Shown: in pieces, positions 24,890 to 37,336 of the stretch
Layout: each line of letters begins with the position of its first letter
Numbering within the stretch: the first letter of the stretch is position 1
Assembly (NCBI RefSeq): GCF_964355755.1
Contig: NC_092670.1
Span: 36,134,388-36,198,387 of the forward strand
Origin: Antedon mediterranea
Lineage: Eukaryota; Animalia; Echinodermata
DNA length: 64,000 bases
Direction: 5' to 3'
Translations under genes and position numbers: made by a program
The notes under the pieces: model-generated
Database searches by the model: none
What the model was told of the DNA's origin: nothing
What the model saw: only the letters and a program-made list of their open reading frames with translations

Positions 24890-27800
24890 ATGACAGGTCT
24901 AAGGACAGTATTACTTCTTCTAGCTGTCGTCTGTCTTTCTCAGGCAACTCATTTTAGAGGTGGAACTTTTAGATGGCGTCCATCGAGGACGAGGGGACAG
25001 GTAATACTAATAACTCATTAAAGTTATTTTAAATTAATTAAATTTTAATTAAAAAACACAATGCGTTAATTCGAAATTTAATATCATAATTATTGTGTTT
25101 TCATTATATCTGTCTAAACAGGACAGGTATATTGTTTTATTACCGCATGTTTTTAGGTAATGATGGATATTTTGTGATATAATATGCGAATATCGAATAG
25201 TAGGCCTAATAATAATTATTAAATACAGTATTCTGAGGATATTGAATTTTTCTTTAAAACATATTTTGTTTAAAAAGAAAAGATCTAAAAAATCACAAAG
25301 ACGTGAATTATTTCTTCTTTTAGATATTAAATCTAAGATCTTATAGGTCTTAGATTTCTAGATCTTGGTTTCCTAGACACCCAATTTAAATCTACTTCTG
25401 TAGAACGGAAATAAATCATCATTGATTTGTTATTAATGCGTTTAGAAAGAATTAGGGTTTTAATTATTATACTTATTCAATAATGCGGAGAGCTAATTTC
25501 CGTAACTTAAATACCAGTGTGAACGCAATTGATTTTATCACCTTTCATTTTCAGCAAGTAGTCGATCATTAAACCGCTTAAAAAATTGAGCTTGTTAAAT
25601 ATCAAAATAAACGACTGAATGAAACTAACGTAATTTAGGCCTAGTCACGTTTACAATTGTACGGTTGCTCTTTTTACGTTAAATCGGTCCTGTAGATTTG
25701 ACAAGTTATTGTTAATAAAAAAAACATTCGGAGAATAAACTAGACATTTTGCATTTCAAAAAGGCGGCACCAGGCATTAAACCAAATAAGTGATATCTGT
25801 ACAGAAATCTATCAGGACGATAGTTACGTCGTCTCAAAAAAGGTCAAGTACATATGTTATCTATTATTGAATTAAAACCTTGGACTGTATCTGTCGGAAT
25901 AACCGGGATAATGATTATATCTGAAATTGAAACATTTATTTCCACCGTTACCTATAGTTTTAGAAAACGGTTGAATTTGCGTCCAACGGAGATCTAACGA
26001 ATATCATACAGTTTCGGCGGTATTTCGATTAATGTTGTGTTTGTGATATTAATTTTTTCATTTTCAACTTTCATTTTTAATAGTTTACAACGCTATTATG
26101 TGATTCAATCTCCGAGAAACTGTCTGCAATCCTCCACATATGAATAATTAAGTATTTGTTTGGCAGGTGGAAAGTTTCAAACTCCTTTTCATGAATATTC
26201 ATGTCAATTCTAACGCGCCAAAATGACGTCACACGCATAACTATTATGTTTACTAATATTCTACAACTTTACCAATCCATACAGTACAGGAATAAACGCC
26301 CTAAATTAAATTATACCTATTTTCTGATAATAAAATATTTAAGATACATTTGAAGACAAATACGCACTTGGGCGCCTTATTTTAGTACTTTTTCAACTTG
26401 TTTTGATATCTAGCTTGAGGCATGATATCTCTTTAAGTAGGCCTAGTATGAGTAAAGTCGAATTCTAAAGCAGAAAATTGGTCAGCTAAATAAATACGTT
26501 AAATTCCAATGATATATCATTTTATTGAGATGTTTTTAAAAGATATGGTAGCTTCCAGTTAAGTTATAAATGTAATTTGTTTTTGTTTTTTTTTTTCAAT
26601 TCTGTTTATACATATAACAATAATTAGAATATGTGACTAGCATTTCTACCCGATATCCAATTGTGCCATAAAAAGCGGTACTTTTGCTGAAGTAAAAAAA
26701 CAAAACGATTACAGATGTCACACAAACTTATTATCCAATAATAACTGATTAAATACTACTTATTAAAATTTGGAATAAATAATGTAAATATGATTTTAAA
26801 ATTACACAAGTAACACGTTCCGAAAAATAGTTAACTTGGAAACATCTAAACAATTTCCAAAACGGCAAAAATAGATTTTAAAATTCATCAATAAGTTGAA
26901 GGTTTTATTATGAATACGTTTAATATCGCATTTCCTCCCCTACGTTGCTGGAGTAACAGCGGGTGACCCAAAACCGCGACACCGAGAAACGCCATCAACA
27001 ACTGAGGCTACTCGCGCAGTCCATTCTCTCGTTGCAAATCGAACTAATTCAATTTCACACACTATGCCAGAGTAAGCCAACTACCACTGTCCGTTTCTCG
27101 TTACAAATCGTTGATATAATAATTTAATTTAGAGCACTCGCTATGAATAAAGAACACCGATGCTTTATCTTTAATCATCTGGACATTTCTACAAATTCGA
27201 GAACAGTTAACTTCGTGTATGGACTCTAATGCGTGTCTCTATTTTTACAAACTATCTGTTGAGCACATGGTTTTAAACCAGTGGTTGGTGAATCAAATCC
27301 TAAACACCTTGTATCCCGATACTTACATACAAATAATGAAATTATTTATTCACAATTAAACTTTATTCAATTGATAACTTACGTCATTTTAAATACGTCA
27401 TCGGGCTCTTGGTTGAATTTAAATTAATTCAAAAGGTACACGCCATCTATCATTATTCTTTAACTTAGACCAGATTATAATCTACTGACAATTAGTAGAG
27501 AGATACCTTGACTAATTTAATTAATTATCCCGTTCAGGCAACATTCTCTAAAGTGACAGAAGATAATCTACACTTGTAAAAATAGTATTTATAGTGTACA
27601 AGTTAAAACATTTAAAAGCGAACTTGAGTTGAAATTAAATATTCCGCAACAATTGCATCATTCAAAACTAGATATCGATCTCATTTTTTTTCATATTAAA
27701 CCTAAACTTTTTTTTCATGATTTTTTTAGTATTTAAGACAAGTCACAAAGCATAACAGGTTTTCTTTTACCTGATCATAGCTTCAATGGCAGGCCAATAT

Positions 27801-30800
27801 ATTTTTCAAATAAGAAAATTATCTTTAATCAGAATTAACGTAAACGCCTGCCTACATGAAGGAAGTAACATATAAAATAATTCTTTCATGTCCTACGACT
27901 GAAAACCCAATCTAAGAAATAATATTCTCCGTCCTTGCACAAGAGTATGAGAATGTGAACATGAGAATGTACGAACATAAATATCCAGTCAAAATTATTG
28001 AATATAATAAATGAAACATTAATTTGTATCTGTGTTTTCTATCAATGTGTACTACTATTTGTCTATTTTGTTTTTTAACCCTAACCCCGTTTTGTTGTGA
28101 AGAAAGGCAATGTATTTTTATAGAAAGCGAATTTAAATTATAACCACTAAAAATTTACTTTTTTTTCATTGAAACACAAACATTAGATATTATATCCTTA
28201 TCTTTCTCGTTTAAAATTAATTAACATTCAGTATGACGGACCGGTTTAGAATTTCTGATGTTAATTTAGGCCCATAAGAAAAGGTGATTCAAAAGTGACG
28301 TAAATTATAAGAACATCTAACTATTTTAGAGTTAACATTTAAGAGTTGCTCTAGCAATGAAAAATATTGTGTAGCCTATAGCATGCTCAGGTTCATGGGC
28401 GCCTGTTGACGATAGCGGTAGGGTGCATGATCGAATTTCGAAATGAATGTGGCCTAGGCCCCACTTCAAGGGGACTTTACATTCCATCAACTATTTCATC
28501 AAGTATTAACTAATAAAATGTTAAATTCCTGTCATGCCGCGCTCATTGCGCAAAAAACTAAACGCAACACTCTGATTCAACAGCGGTTGAGTTTCGATAT
28601 CAATGTGGTTATATCTTTTCTAGGAAAGATTTTTTTGTTTATTGTTTTTAATTAAAAGGATTTATAAATAAACAACCGTTCTGAAACTTTCTATTTCTGG
28701 TTTGCAAAGCAATTGCGTACGTGTTTGTTAACTGAATCATGCTATGAGAACTAGACAGTGTTTATTGGTACTGTAAACTTTACAGATGGTGACATCTCTA
28801 AACACAATAAAAAAAACACAAATCATTACATTTATACCGATAGTAAAACAATTTCAATTAGTAGGTATCGAAGATTTTTTTAAATCACAAACACATATAA
28901 TCTTAAAAATAAATAAAATAATACTAAATGGTTATATTATTGGATATCTGAAACAGTATATGGAAAGAATATATTTATATTTTAGTTAACTTTAAACGTG
29001 GTTTTACCAGGGAAGAGTGAGATTAATTAATGCCTTCCCAGGTTTTACAGGCATTTTATTTCCAAATGAGATGATTTTAATTTACATTACGATTCTATTG
29101 TTGTAAGTAATGTTGCTCTGAGGATGTTCTAAACTTATATAGTCATTAAACTAAAGCAAGAGGCTTGAAACTTATCAGCTGGTTTTACTTTTGATAAACA
29201 ATCGAGGGTTTTTATAAAACATATTTAAAATAGAAAAATTAATATACAAACACAGATCATTCACAATACCTGACGTACTATAAGTTGTTTACTTAGCTTA
29301 CAGGACTGGCCTTTAGAATGTGTTTACAGTTGGTCAGGTTGTCAATCATAACCTACCTAATATTTTCATATTAGTTGTATGATACCGTAAAGTCGTCTGC
29401 TACTGACGCGACCACACAGAATTGCGCGTATGACTGCTGTAAGCGGTACTGTACATATCACTGACTGCGGACTGGTCACAGGCAAAAAAACTAATTTAAA
29501 GCGCGTCGTAATTAGATGTTTAGGGGTTTGCGGAAAAGTATGGAATACAAGGCTATAAATATAAGAACTATATTTATTGTTGTTTTTTTAGATTGAAATT
29601 TCATGGCGTGTATCATGGAGACGGTCGTATGCCCCTCGCAATGACTTTTGGTGCGAGTATCCAGGACAACATCTGGGTGGAGAAGGCGACATTTTGTGCG
29701 TAGAATGCCGCCGAAGAATTTACAGACAACTAGATTTCAATTGTACTGATTTTAGCGATCATAATATTGAGGACTGGAGCACAGGCGTTGGATCTTTCTT
29801 GTACACCCCGGACAGAGAGGTCTTTACAATTAGGTAACGTTACCATGTTTACTGACCAGTTTATTTAAAAGGAATACTTCCAAGACCTATAAATAGAATA
29901 CTAAGATACTTATCTTCGAAAGATGGAGCCCTAAGTTAAATTATGCCAAAGAGAGAATTCAAAGTTAAATATTATAGATTTACATTTCGCTGACTCAGTA
30001 ATAGTAGGCCTAATAGTTTTTAATAAAGGCTAATTAAAAATTATCAAAATGTAACATGTGGAATATTACATAATTAAAGATATGAAGAAGAATCCACTAG
30101 TTACTGGATTTATTTACAAAACTATGGTGATGCCAACTATTGGAACATGATTTCAACAATTGACCTTCGACCTCGACCAGACACACGACTGCCAAATTCA
30201 TCACCCTACACCACAGTCATTCCAATCATCAGGGTGCAGCAAGGCTGTTCTAGTAAAATCAGAATTCCGGGTGAGTATTTATTGATGTACTACTACGATT
30301 TAACTAGGTGTATTGTGTTTTGGCAAGAGTTCAGAAGGGTATATTCTATTGTTGTTTACCTATCTATATTCGTCATATCAAACTGAAAACTAAATCCTTT
30401 AAAACATAAACCTAGTGATCATGCACCTTGATTGGCTATCATCGTAGTTTTCACGATGCATGTGTTCCACTCAAATAAAGCGCGCTCATTAAGAATTCAC
30501 AAGAAGCAACCGGAATTGTGTGACGATAGAGAGGGCGCTCTGTATACAATGAATTCCGAGCAGTATATTTGAAAGAATTGTTTTTATTACGTATTAACAA
30601 TATAAACTTCTTTCCACAGTCTCGGATCCGGACTATGATACCGTAAGATGCAGGTGGACAAACGAACAAAGAAGAGAATGTCCACCAAATCAGTTCGACC
30701 ATTCTGTGTGTGGTAGCCTTACAGAGGAGAGCACACTTGATTCTGTAAGTTCGTGCCTCTAATTGTATTCAATGATCCCTATAAAGTTCACTAACACATT

Positions 30801-33800
30801 CAAAACTACTAACATTAACACTTATGTAACTTAAACTGATTACTGTTACAGGACGAATGCGAGATATATTTCCCAGCAACTGCCGAACCTGGTTGGTATG
30901 CAGTCTCAATGATGATCGAAGATTTTGCAACTCCAACTTCAACGAAAGCTCTCAGCACTATTCCTCTCCAATTTCTTATAAAGGTTTTCCCACTTGGTAG
31001 GTTAACTCGATTTAGGAAAACAGAGTTATGATGAGTATGTAGGCCTTGGCTACTAGTAGGAAATGTATCACTATCATTAGAGCTAGCTACACGCGTAACA
31101 ATGTTACCTACGCCCTGATGTGGGTCAATACACAGATATCCTCAACCGTTTCGTTCTATTCTATTCTATTCAGGTTTTTATATGGCGCCCTACAAAGAAC
31201 CTAAGAGCCTAACAATACTTAGTAATTAAAAAGAAAAGTTTTAAGTTGACGTTTAAATAGAGGTGCCGAATTCGCTCCTCTCAAATCGACAGGTAGCGCG
31301 TTCTAAATGGCCAAATGCTTTTAAATGTTTATCTTCTGTTTCAGATGAGCCATGCCGTCAACCTGAAATCTTTGAGCCTCCTGGTACCTGCTTCTACCTG
31401 AAGCCTAACAAACCGTGGAGCATTGACGTTAAGGCGCGAAGTGGCAGACGAGGTGTTGGGTAAGTATACTACTGTTACTAATGTCACAATCCAAAATCCA
31501 GATTTTCATTTTCAACCAACGGAATGTTGAGTGATTGCAGTTCGTGTTAAAACGATTTACAACAACTTTTTATTAATATTAACTTATTTTAGCATTGTTG
31601 AGATTGGAACAGCATCGCCAGCCGGTATGACCAAATCACCAGTGAAGAGAGTATCGCGCTCAAGGAACGACTACGCAATCACGCTTCGCTGGATTCCACG
31701 CGAGACAGGAATTCACTTTGTTTGTCTATACGCACGAGATACATACGGGTAAGTCAAATAGATACTTCACATTAAAGCTTGGATCCCACTAGAACGTAAC
31801 GCAAGGACGTAAACGCAACGCAAGCGTTTTAACCAATGACAAGCGAAGTTATAGACAGTTAGCAATCACAAGCGAATAAGCTATCGCTTGTGATTGGTCA
31901 ATTCACTTGCGTTGCGTTACGTCCTTGCGTTGCGTCGCTAGTGGGAACCAAGCTTTAGACTGTTATCTCACATAGACAAACGACGAGTACTTGTTGGTAT
32001 TACATTATTTGATTTTAATTTGTCAATTCCCTTTTTCTAGAGTTACAAGTGACCAGAGATGTCTAAGACTAATCGTTGCTGGTAAGTTTAAACAGCAAAC
32101 TCAAATTAGTTACTAAATGAGTAAATTGGCAAAGATAAAAAATCTTCATAGAGATATACATTTGAATTTAAAGCAAGCTTGTTTTAAAAAGTTCTATTCA
32201 ACACAATTGTAAAATACTACGTGCTAACCATACTATTTATAATTGAATTGATACAGCGTCGCCAGCAAGCAGAATTGCACCACAGCCTCCAAAGATTGTT
32301 CCCAGAAAATCATACCCATCACCGTTGCAACATGTCGTGCCCGAAAACAACGAATGGGTCATCAGTTTCGACAAACCGGTAAGAAAGTTTGTTCATGATA
32401 GGAAGCTTTCGATTTGCGAAAACCGAAGATTTCAGATCAGGCTCTCTTTGGACCCACGGCACGACAGCCATCAGTGCAGAGCCTACAAAGATGAACGACA
32501 GGGGCTAATGGATTAATATTCCGGAGTAACAGCTAAGCTGCTGCCAAAATATGCACTTGAGTCACATGTATACGTAATCTCAATTTGTTCAACAATAGTC
32601 GAGGGAGACTTGCTATTATTTTATGGCTATGGTTTGCGACTCCCATAACTAGACCACTATCAGCCAACTGGAAAAAATAACTATTGCAGTTTTATTAAAT
32701 ATTTCATTTACAGATTAAAAGACCAAACGAACCAACCTACATTGAGATTATCAACCCAACAAAACCCGTTCCACCAATCTTCAGGATTGATGCCGCATCC
32801 GAATCAGTGACGTTCAACGAGACATCTCTGTCATTTAAGACTCCAGGAATGTTGTTGAAGGACAACGCTCTCCACATGATCTCAGTTGATCCAGGAATTG
32901 CGCGAGTCAGGAACCCAGATCCTTGTGCTGCTAGAACAGATACACAACAGAGTGGTTGGATGTTTCGTACCAGTGAGTTAACTATTATGTAATTGCGTAG
33001 AGACACGTGATTAGTTTGGTAGACACGTGATTAGTTTGGTGGTCACAGAAAACTCGTTTCAATCTAACTGGAGTGTTTGTAATTAAAGCACCAACAATGG
33101 GAATTATCGGCTATATTATGATACAGCAGTTATTAAAACGTCTGTTGAACGAATATGACCTCATTTTCCCTTTCCATTCTTTATAGATTCTTCCCTTATT
33201 CCACGTGAACCAGTAGTAGAGTGCCATGATTCTCACATGACTGTTTACATCCACCGAAGTATCCTTGCTGACGTCAGTTCACGTCGTCTGCATTTGCATG
33301 ACCCCATCTGCCGAGGAAGAGATTTGAACGAAACACACGTCATCCTTCAAACTGGATACAATGAATGCGGAACGGTCATCCGAGTACGTATATTACACTT
33401 TATTTTATTCAAAAAATCGCTTTATTTAGAGATTTAAAAAAATGTTATTTATTTTATTTAACTATTTTTATTTAACTATTTTTGTTTTAAATGTTCAGGC
33501 TAAATCTGACAACATCGCCATGTATCGCAACACAATCCGTGACCGCCCAAGATCAGAGAAAGGTGCAAGCAAGATCACACGTGACGTCCGCCATCTTGAA
33601 ATCAAAGTAATCTGCGAGATGGAGAGTGAAGGTTTGACGCACGGCCACTTCTTACCAAAGATGGCCAAGAAGACGTACGTAGCAAAGAGCGAAGGCCGCA
33701 GCAACTTCACCTTCCAAATGTTCGACGCACCAGATTACAGTCGTCGTGTAAGCCTGAATGAGTACCCAGCTCAGGTAGCCATGCGCCAGAGGATGTATTT

Positions 33801-35119
33801 CTCTGCTAAAGCTAGAGATCCTTCAAAGAGAATTCTTATTGAAACCTGTAAAGCTACACCAACTTCAGTTCCAGGAAGCAGAGCCAACCAACTCTTTGAG
33901 TTTGTGAAAGACGGGTAGGTCTACTGACTATATCATTTACTTACGTTCACGTGCTTCCATAATTCCAAACTTCTTTATTCTTCTCATACATAAAACCAAG
34001 TGTACAGCCGTTCTAAATTTATGATTATAAAATACATTTTTTCACAGTTGCCTTGTTGACAGCACGATGAAGACAGAGTATTCACCATCAATCTCAGAGC
34101 AAAGATTCTCTATGGAATCATTCTCGTTTATGTTCCATGGACTACATGGAGAGGTATGAATAAACACAGTTTACAATAAGTAAACGTGACACAAGTCAGA
34201 AGTTGTGAAACTTCTCTAGTTACTTTATAAAGTTCTAACCGTAAACCTGTGTCCTTTACCTGTAGGTGCTTAAGCACTGTCTACACTATCAACCTAGTTT
34301 TATGTGATGTGCCCAAAATATGGAAATGATATGCTTCAATATGGTAGTGATATGACATCATCATGTCCTTACATAGGCACATCACATTTTTTGTCACATA
34401 AAGTTTGATAGTGTAGACAGAGCTTTAGGTCTAGACATGCTCCGTTGTAACATGAGCAAACATATGTATAGAGGATCAACAATTCGTATAGACAATTGTC
34501 AAAACGGTTTGAAAACACTAAACCTAAATATGTTTTTTGTAATCTTCACATTACCCTGCCATTATTACCATTCTCTTTCGATTCCTTTTCCATCAGGTAT
34601 TCTTGAGTTGTCAAGTTTTGATCTGTGACCCTACCGAACGATTCTCTCGCTGCAGCCAGGGTTGTTCTAGTGACGTCAGAGGTAAACGAGCAGCCAGTGA
34701 CATCTCTGCTGAAATGGTATTACCACTGGAGCTTTAAGTTGTAGGTGAGAGTCTTTAGAACCATTAATTCAAAAGATGAAGGTACTTCGTTATGGAGATT
34801 CATAACGCAATATACGTCTCGGGTTAAGTTAGCGTATTCTTTAAATATATCACTCTTTTCAATTACAATTACGAGCGCATTTTCCAAGTGTGAGGTTTTC
34901 GGAAACACGTTTGAAAAAGGGGAGTCATTTTTTTTTTCGTCACATGCCATGTCCTACAAGAACGTTGAACGCATCCGATCCTCGGAAACTATGAAACCTC
35001 TTCAGCATTTCAATGCACATTCCTTTCTATAAACATGATTCTCTGCTTTCCGCTAGGTTCCTTCCGTTCAATTGTTTACGTTAGCTGATGTTCCGGATTT
35101 TTCTTCTTCTTCTTTCTAA
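24890..35119 (+). CDS. Secreted ZP-domain protein, paralog B (~802 aa): signal peptide + HFRGG-type N-terminal region + one Ig-like module + complete ZP module + furin site, no TM segment
   Basis: 15 phase-consistent exons summing to 2409 nt: 24890-25000 (MTGLRTVLLLLAVVCLSQATHFRGGTFRW), 29592-29833, 30080-30270, 30620-30744, 30852-30996, 31345-31459, 31593-31748, 32041-32081, 32257-32378, 32714-32972, 33187-33383 (VECHDSHMTVYI..LHLHDPIC..YNECGT), 33499-33914 (IETCKATPT..FVKDG), 34048-34153 (CLVDST..QRFSMESFSF), 34597-34716 (VFLSCQVLIC..SRCSQGC..RGKR), 35057-35119. The last exon is less certain; read-through would stop at 34737. Confidence 0.92.
28157..28262 (+). repeat. Degenerate 3' fragment of the tRNA-containing unit family
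   Basis: tccttatctttctcgtttaaaattaattaacattcagtatgacggaccggtttagaatttctgatg resembles the unit's minus-strand 3' end (tcctcatctttatcgtttcaaattaattaattaaatttcagtatatcaccggacggtttagaatt..ctgatg). Confidence 0.55.
31154..31303 (-). mobile_element. L2/CR1-group LINE 3' end fragment
   Basis: Minus strand translates NALPVDLRGANSAPLFKRQLKTFLFNY* (typical L2 ORF2 C-terminus), then ggcgccatataaa and an (AATAG)n tail. Confidence 0.75.
31776..31954. mobile_element. MITE family A, full copy (PIF/Harbinger-like by TWA flanks)
   Basis: TAA|AGCTTGGATCCCACTAGAACGTAACGCAAGGACGTAA...TTACGTCCTTGCGTTGCGTCGCTAGTGGGAACCAAGCT|TTA; long imperfect TIRs; nearly identical to 38940-39120. Confidence 0.85.
34273..34424. 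mobile_element. MITE family B copy
   Basis: AGCACTGTCTACACTATCAA...TTTGATAGTGTAGACAGAGCT, in an intron of ZP paralog B. Confidence 0.8.
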
Positions 35120-37336
35120 GCAAATTTCTTGTATATAATAACAATCGTTTATTTCTGCCTGCTGATGTCTTTCTGTCCTCGCCAGCTAAAGTACGTGTTG
35201 ATTAGTGGTTTATACATTTCTTTTTAAAATAAGGACGCCAAATATGCAACTTATAAAAGAAACATTACTGTCATGATGTATTAAACCATATATTTTCCAT
35301 CCATCAACATAAAAATATACATTAATTAATGTTATATTGCTTGTTTCTCCAGATATTTTGAAGTCAGCGAAGATTTTCCAGACTGTCGCACAACTGAAAC
35401 TGTCGGTTAAAATACATTGACTGAAGCAAAACACTTCTGTTCCGTGATTTCATTTGTATAACAAGAGGTAGTACATTCGTCCAGAAAATGCTAACTACAA
35501 AGTTGCTGCTTAAATGATAATAAATTTATATACTGGTTTAAAAAAAACCAAATCACTTAAAATTTTGTGAATTTCTGTATATATTGTATTGTCAAACCTA
35601 ATGATATAATTTTTAACAATAGAAAGATCCCCGTACTTCTGGGAATTTCTAACAAATTGGTATAAAGCTTTATTGTAAATTGTAAACAGCTGTGGAGATT
35701 TCTCGAAATATGTAAATATGAAAGGTTAAACGGCTGCTGATTAGGCGATAGTTGTCACGTGCAATCATCGTGTCGAATAAGTGTTCGTAGTTATGTGAGT
35801 ACTATGTTTTGTGAAGAGATTAGTTTTCAATAATAGTATACAATTTACTACCGTATTTGAAATTGTTACGTAACAGCATGTTTATTTTAAAACGATGGCA
35901 CCAACTCAATATAAAGAGCACCGCTTACATATGTTAAATTATTATTATTAAAAAAATAAATTATTAATTATGATATAACACGAATAACACCTTAGGTGTA
36001 GGTCCTATATAGAAGCCAAAATGAGTTTCTATCTTCGAATGAGAATCTGTCCCTAAAGAACATTTAAGAAATAGAAGATATATCTATCGGATTGCTTAAA
36101 AATCATTTAGCCAGTCACGCGACTACGTTTATTCCAGGCAAATTTGTACATGCCGTAAAACAGATGGTAGTCAACCAGATATAACTCGCACTGAAATAGG
36201 GCTAGTAAATTAATATAATGAACTATATTGTTTTTATAAGCAGCTGATTATAGCCAATAGGAAACACTACTGTAGGTGATATTGTACAGAAATAATTGCT
36301 GGTAAATTAATACTATATTACGTCAGGTATTAGGCCTGTTATTATATTTAAATAATTAAAGATTCTCAAGATATTTAATAATAAAACGGAATTAATCTAG
36401 CATTTCAATCTTTAGTAGGCTGACTAAAATAACGGTTATTAAAAAACTTAATCAAATGGATTGAAAATTAGCAATTTTAGTTGCTTTTATTGTTTATGTA
36501 TGCTTTTTTTAGTACAATTATTATATTATCATACATGACTGTATTTTTCAGATGCTTAATAAATTAATTAAAACGAAAACCTTATATACTTTACTATTTA
36601 TTTGAATAACGAACGAACGAACCATCCGCTCCTAAACAGACCGTAAACGTTTACCATTACTGCAGTACAAAATAATTTCCAACATTGCTACGAAACAATT
36701 GTACTACTATCTAGACAATAAACGATTTATAATATTCCCAATTAATATTGAGGATGTATGTTTGTTGTAAGACAAAAGTGATATTTAAATAAAGTACTGC
36801 ATTTCAATGTCACATTTTGTAATTTCTCTATTTATTGGTAATAATGGTTGTAGATTTCATAGAAAGGGCATAGTGAGACACAATCAGTTTTTTTGTAAAA
36901 CAAACATTTTGAGACGTAAGGCATGTCAGTTTTCAGAAGGTTTGGTATCTGAATGCGTCGTAGTATAGTAACAAAACGTGGGACCTTTTTTGAGTAGTTA
37001 GTTCAGCTCTCGGCAGTAAGGTAATGACCACTTATCTTATAAACTAACTATAAAAAAAAAATACAAACAAACAAAAAAGAAAAACAATTTAAATAGACAG
37101 GCTTTACCGTATATTCAAATTCTTTAATACATCAAAACAAATTTGATAAAATTAAAATTGAAAAAACTATTTCAATTAACATCTCTAACTCTGTAATAGA
37201 TATGTAAATGAGATTATCGACCATCTGTTTGGTATGTCTCAATAATTGGATCGTCATCTGGAAAAACTACATATTGGGATAATCAATCCAGAATCGTATT
37301 CATAATTATAACAGTGACATACTGTAGGAGGTGAGT

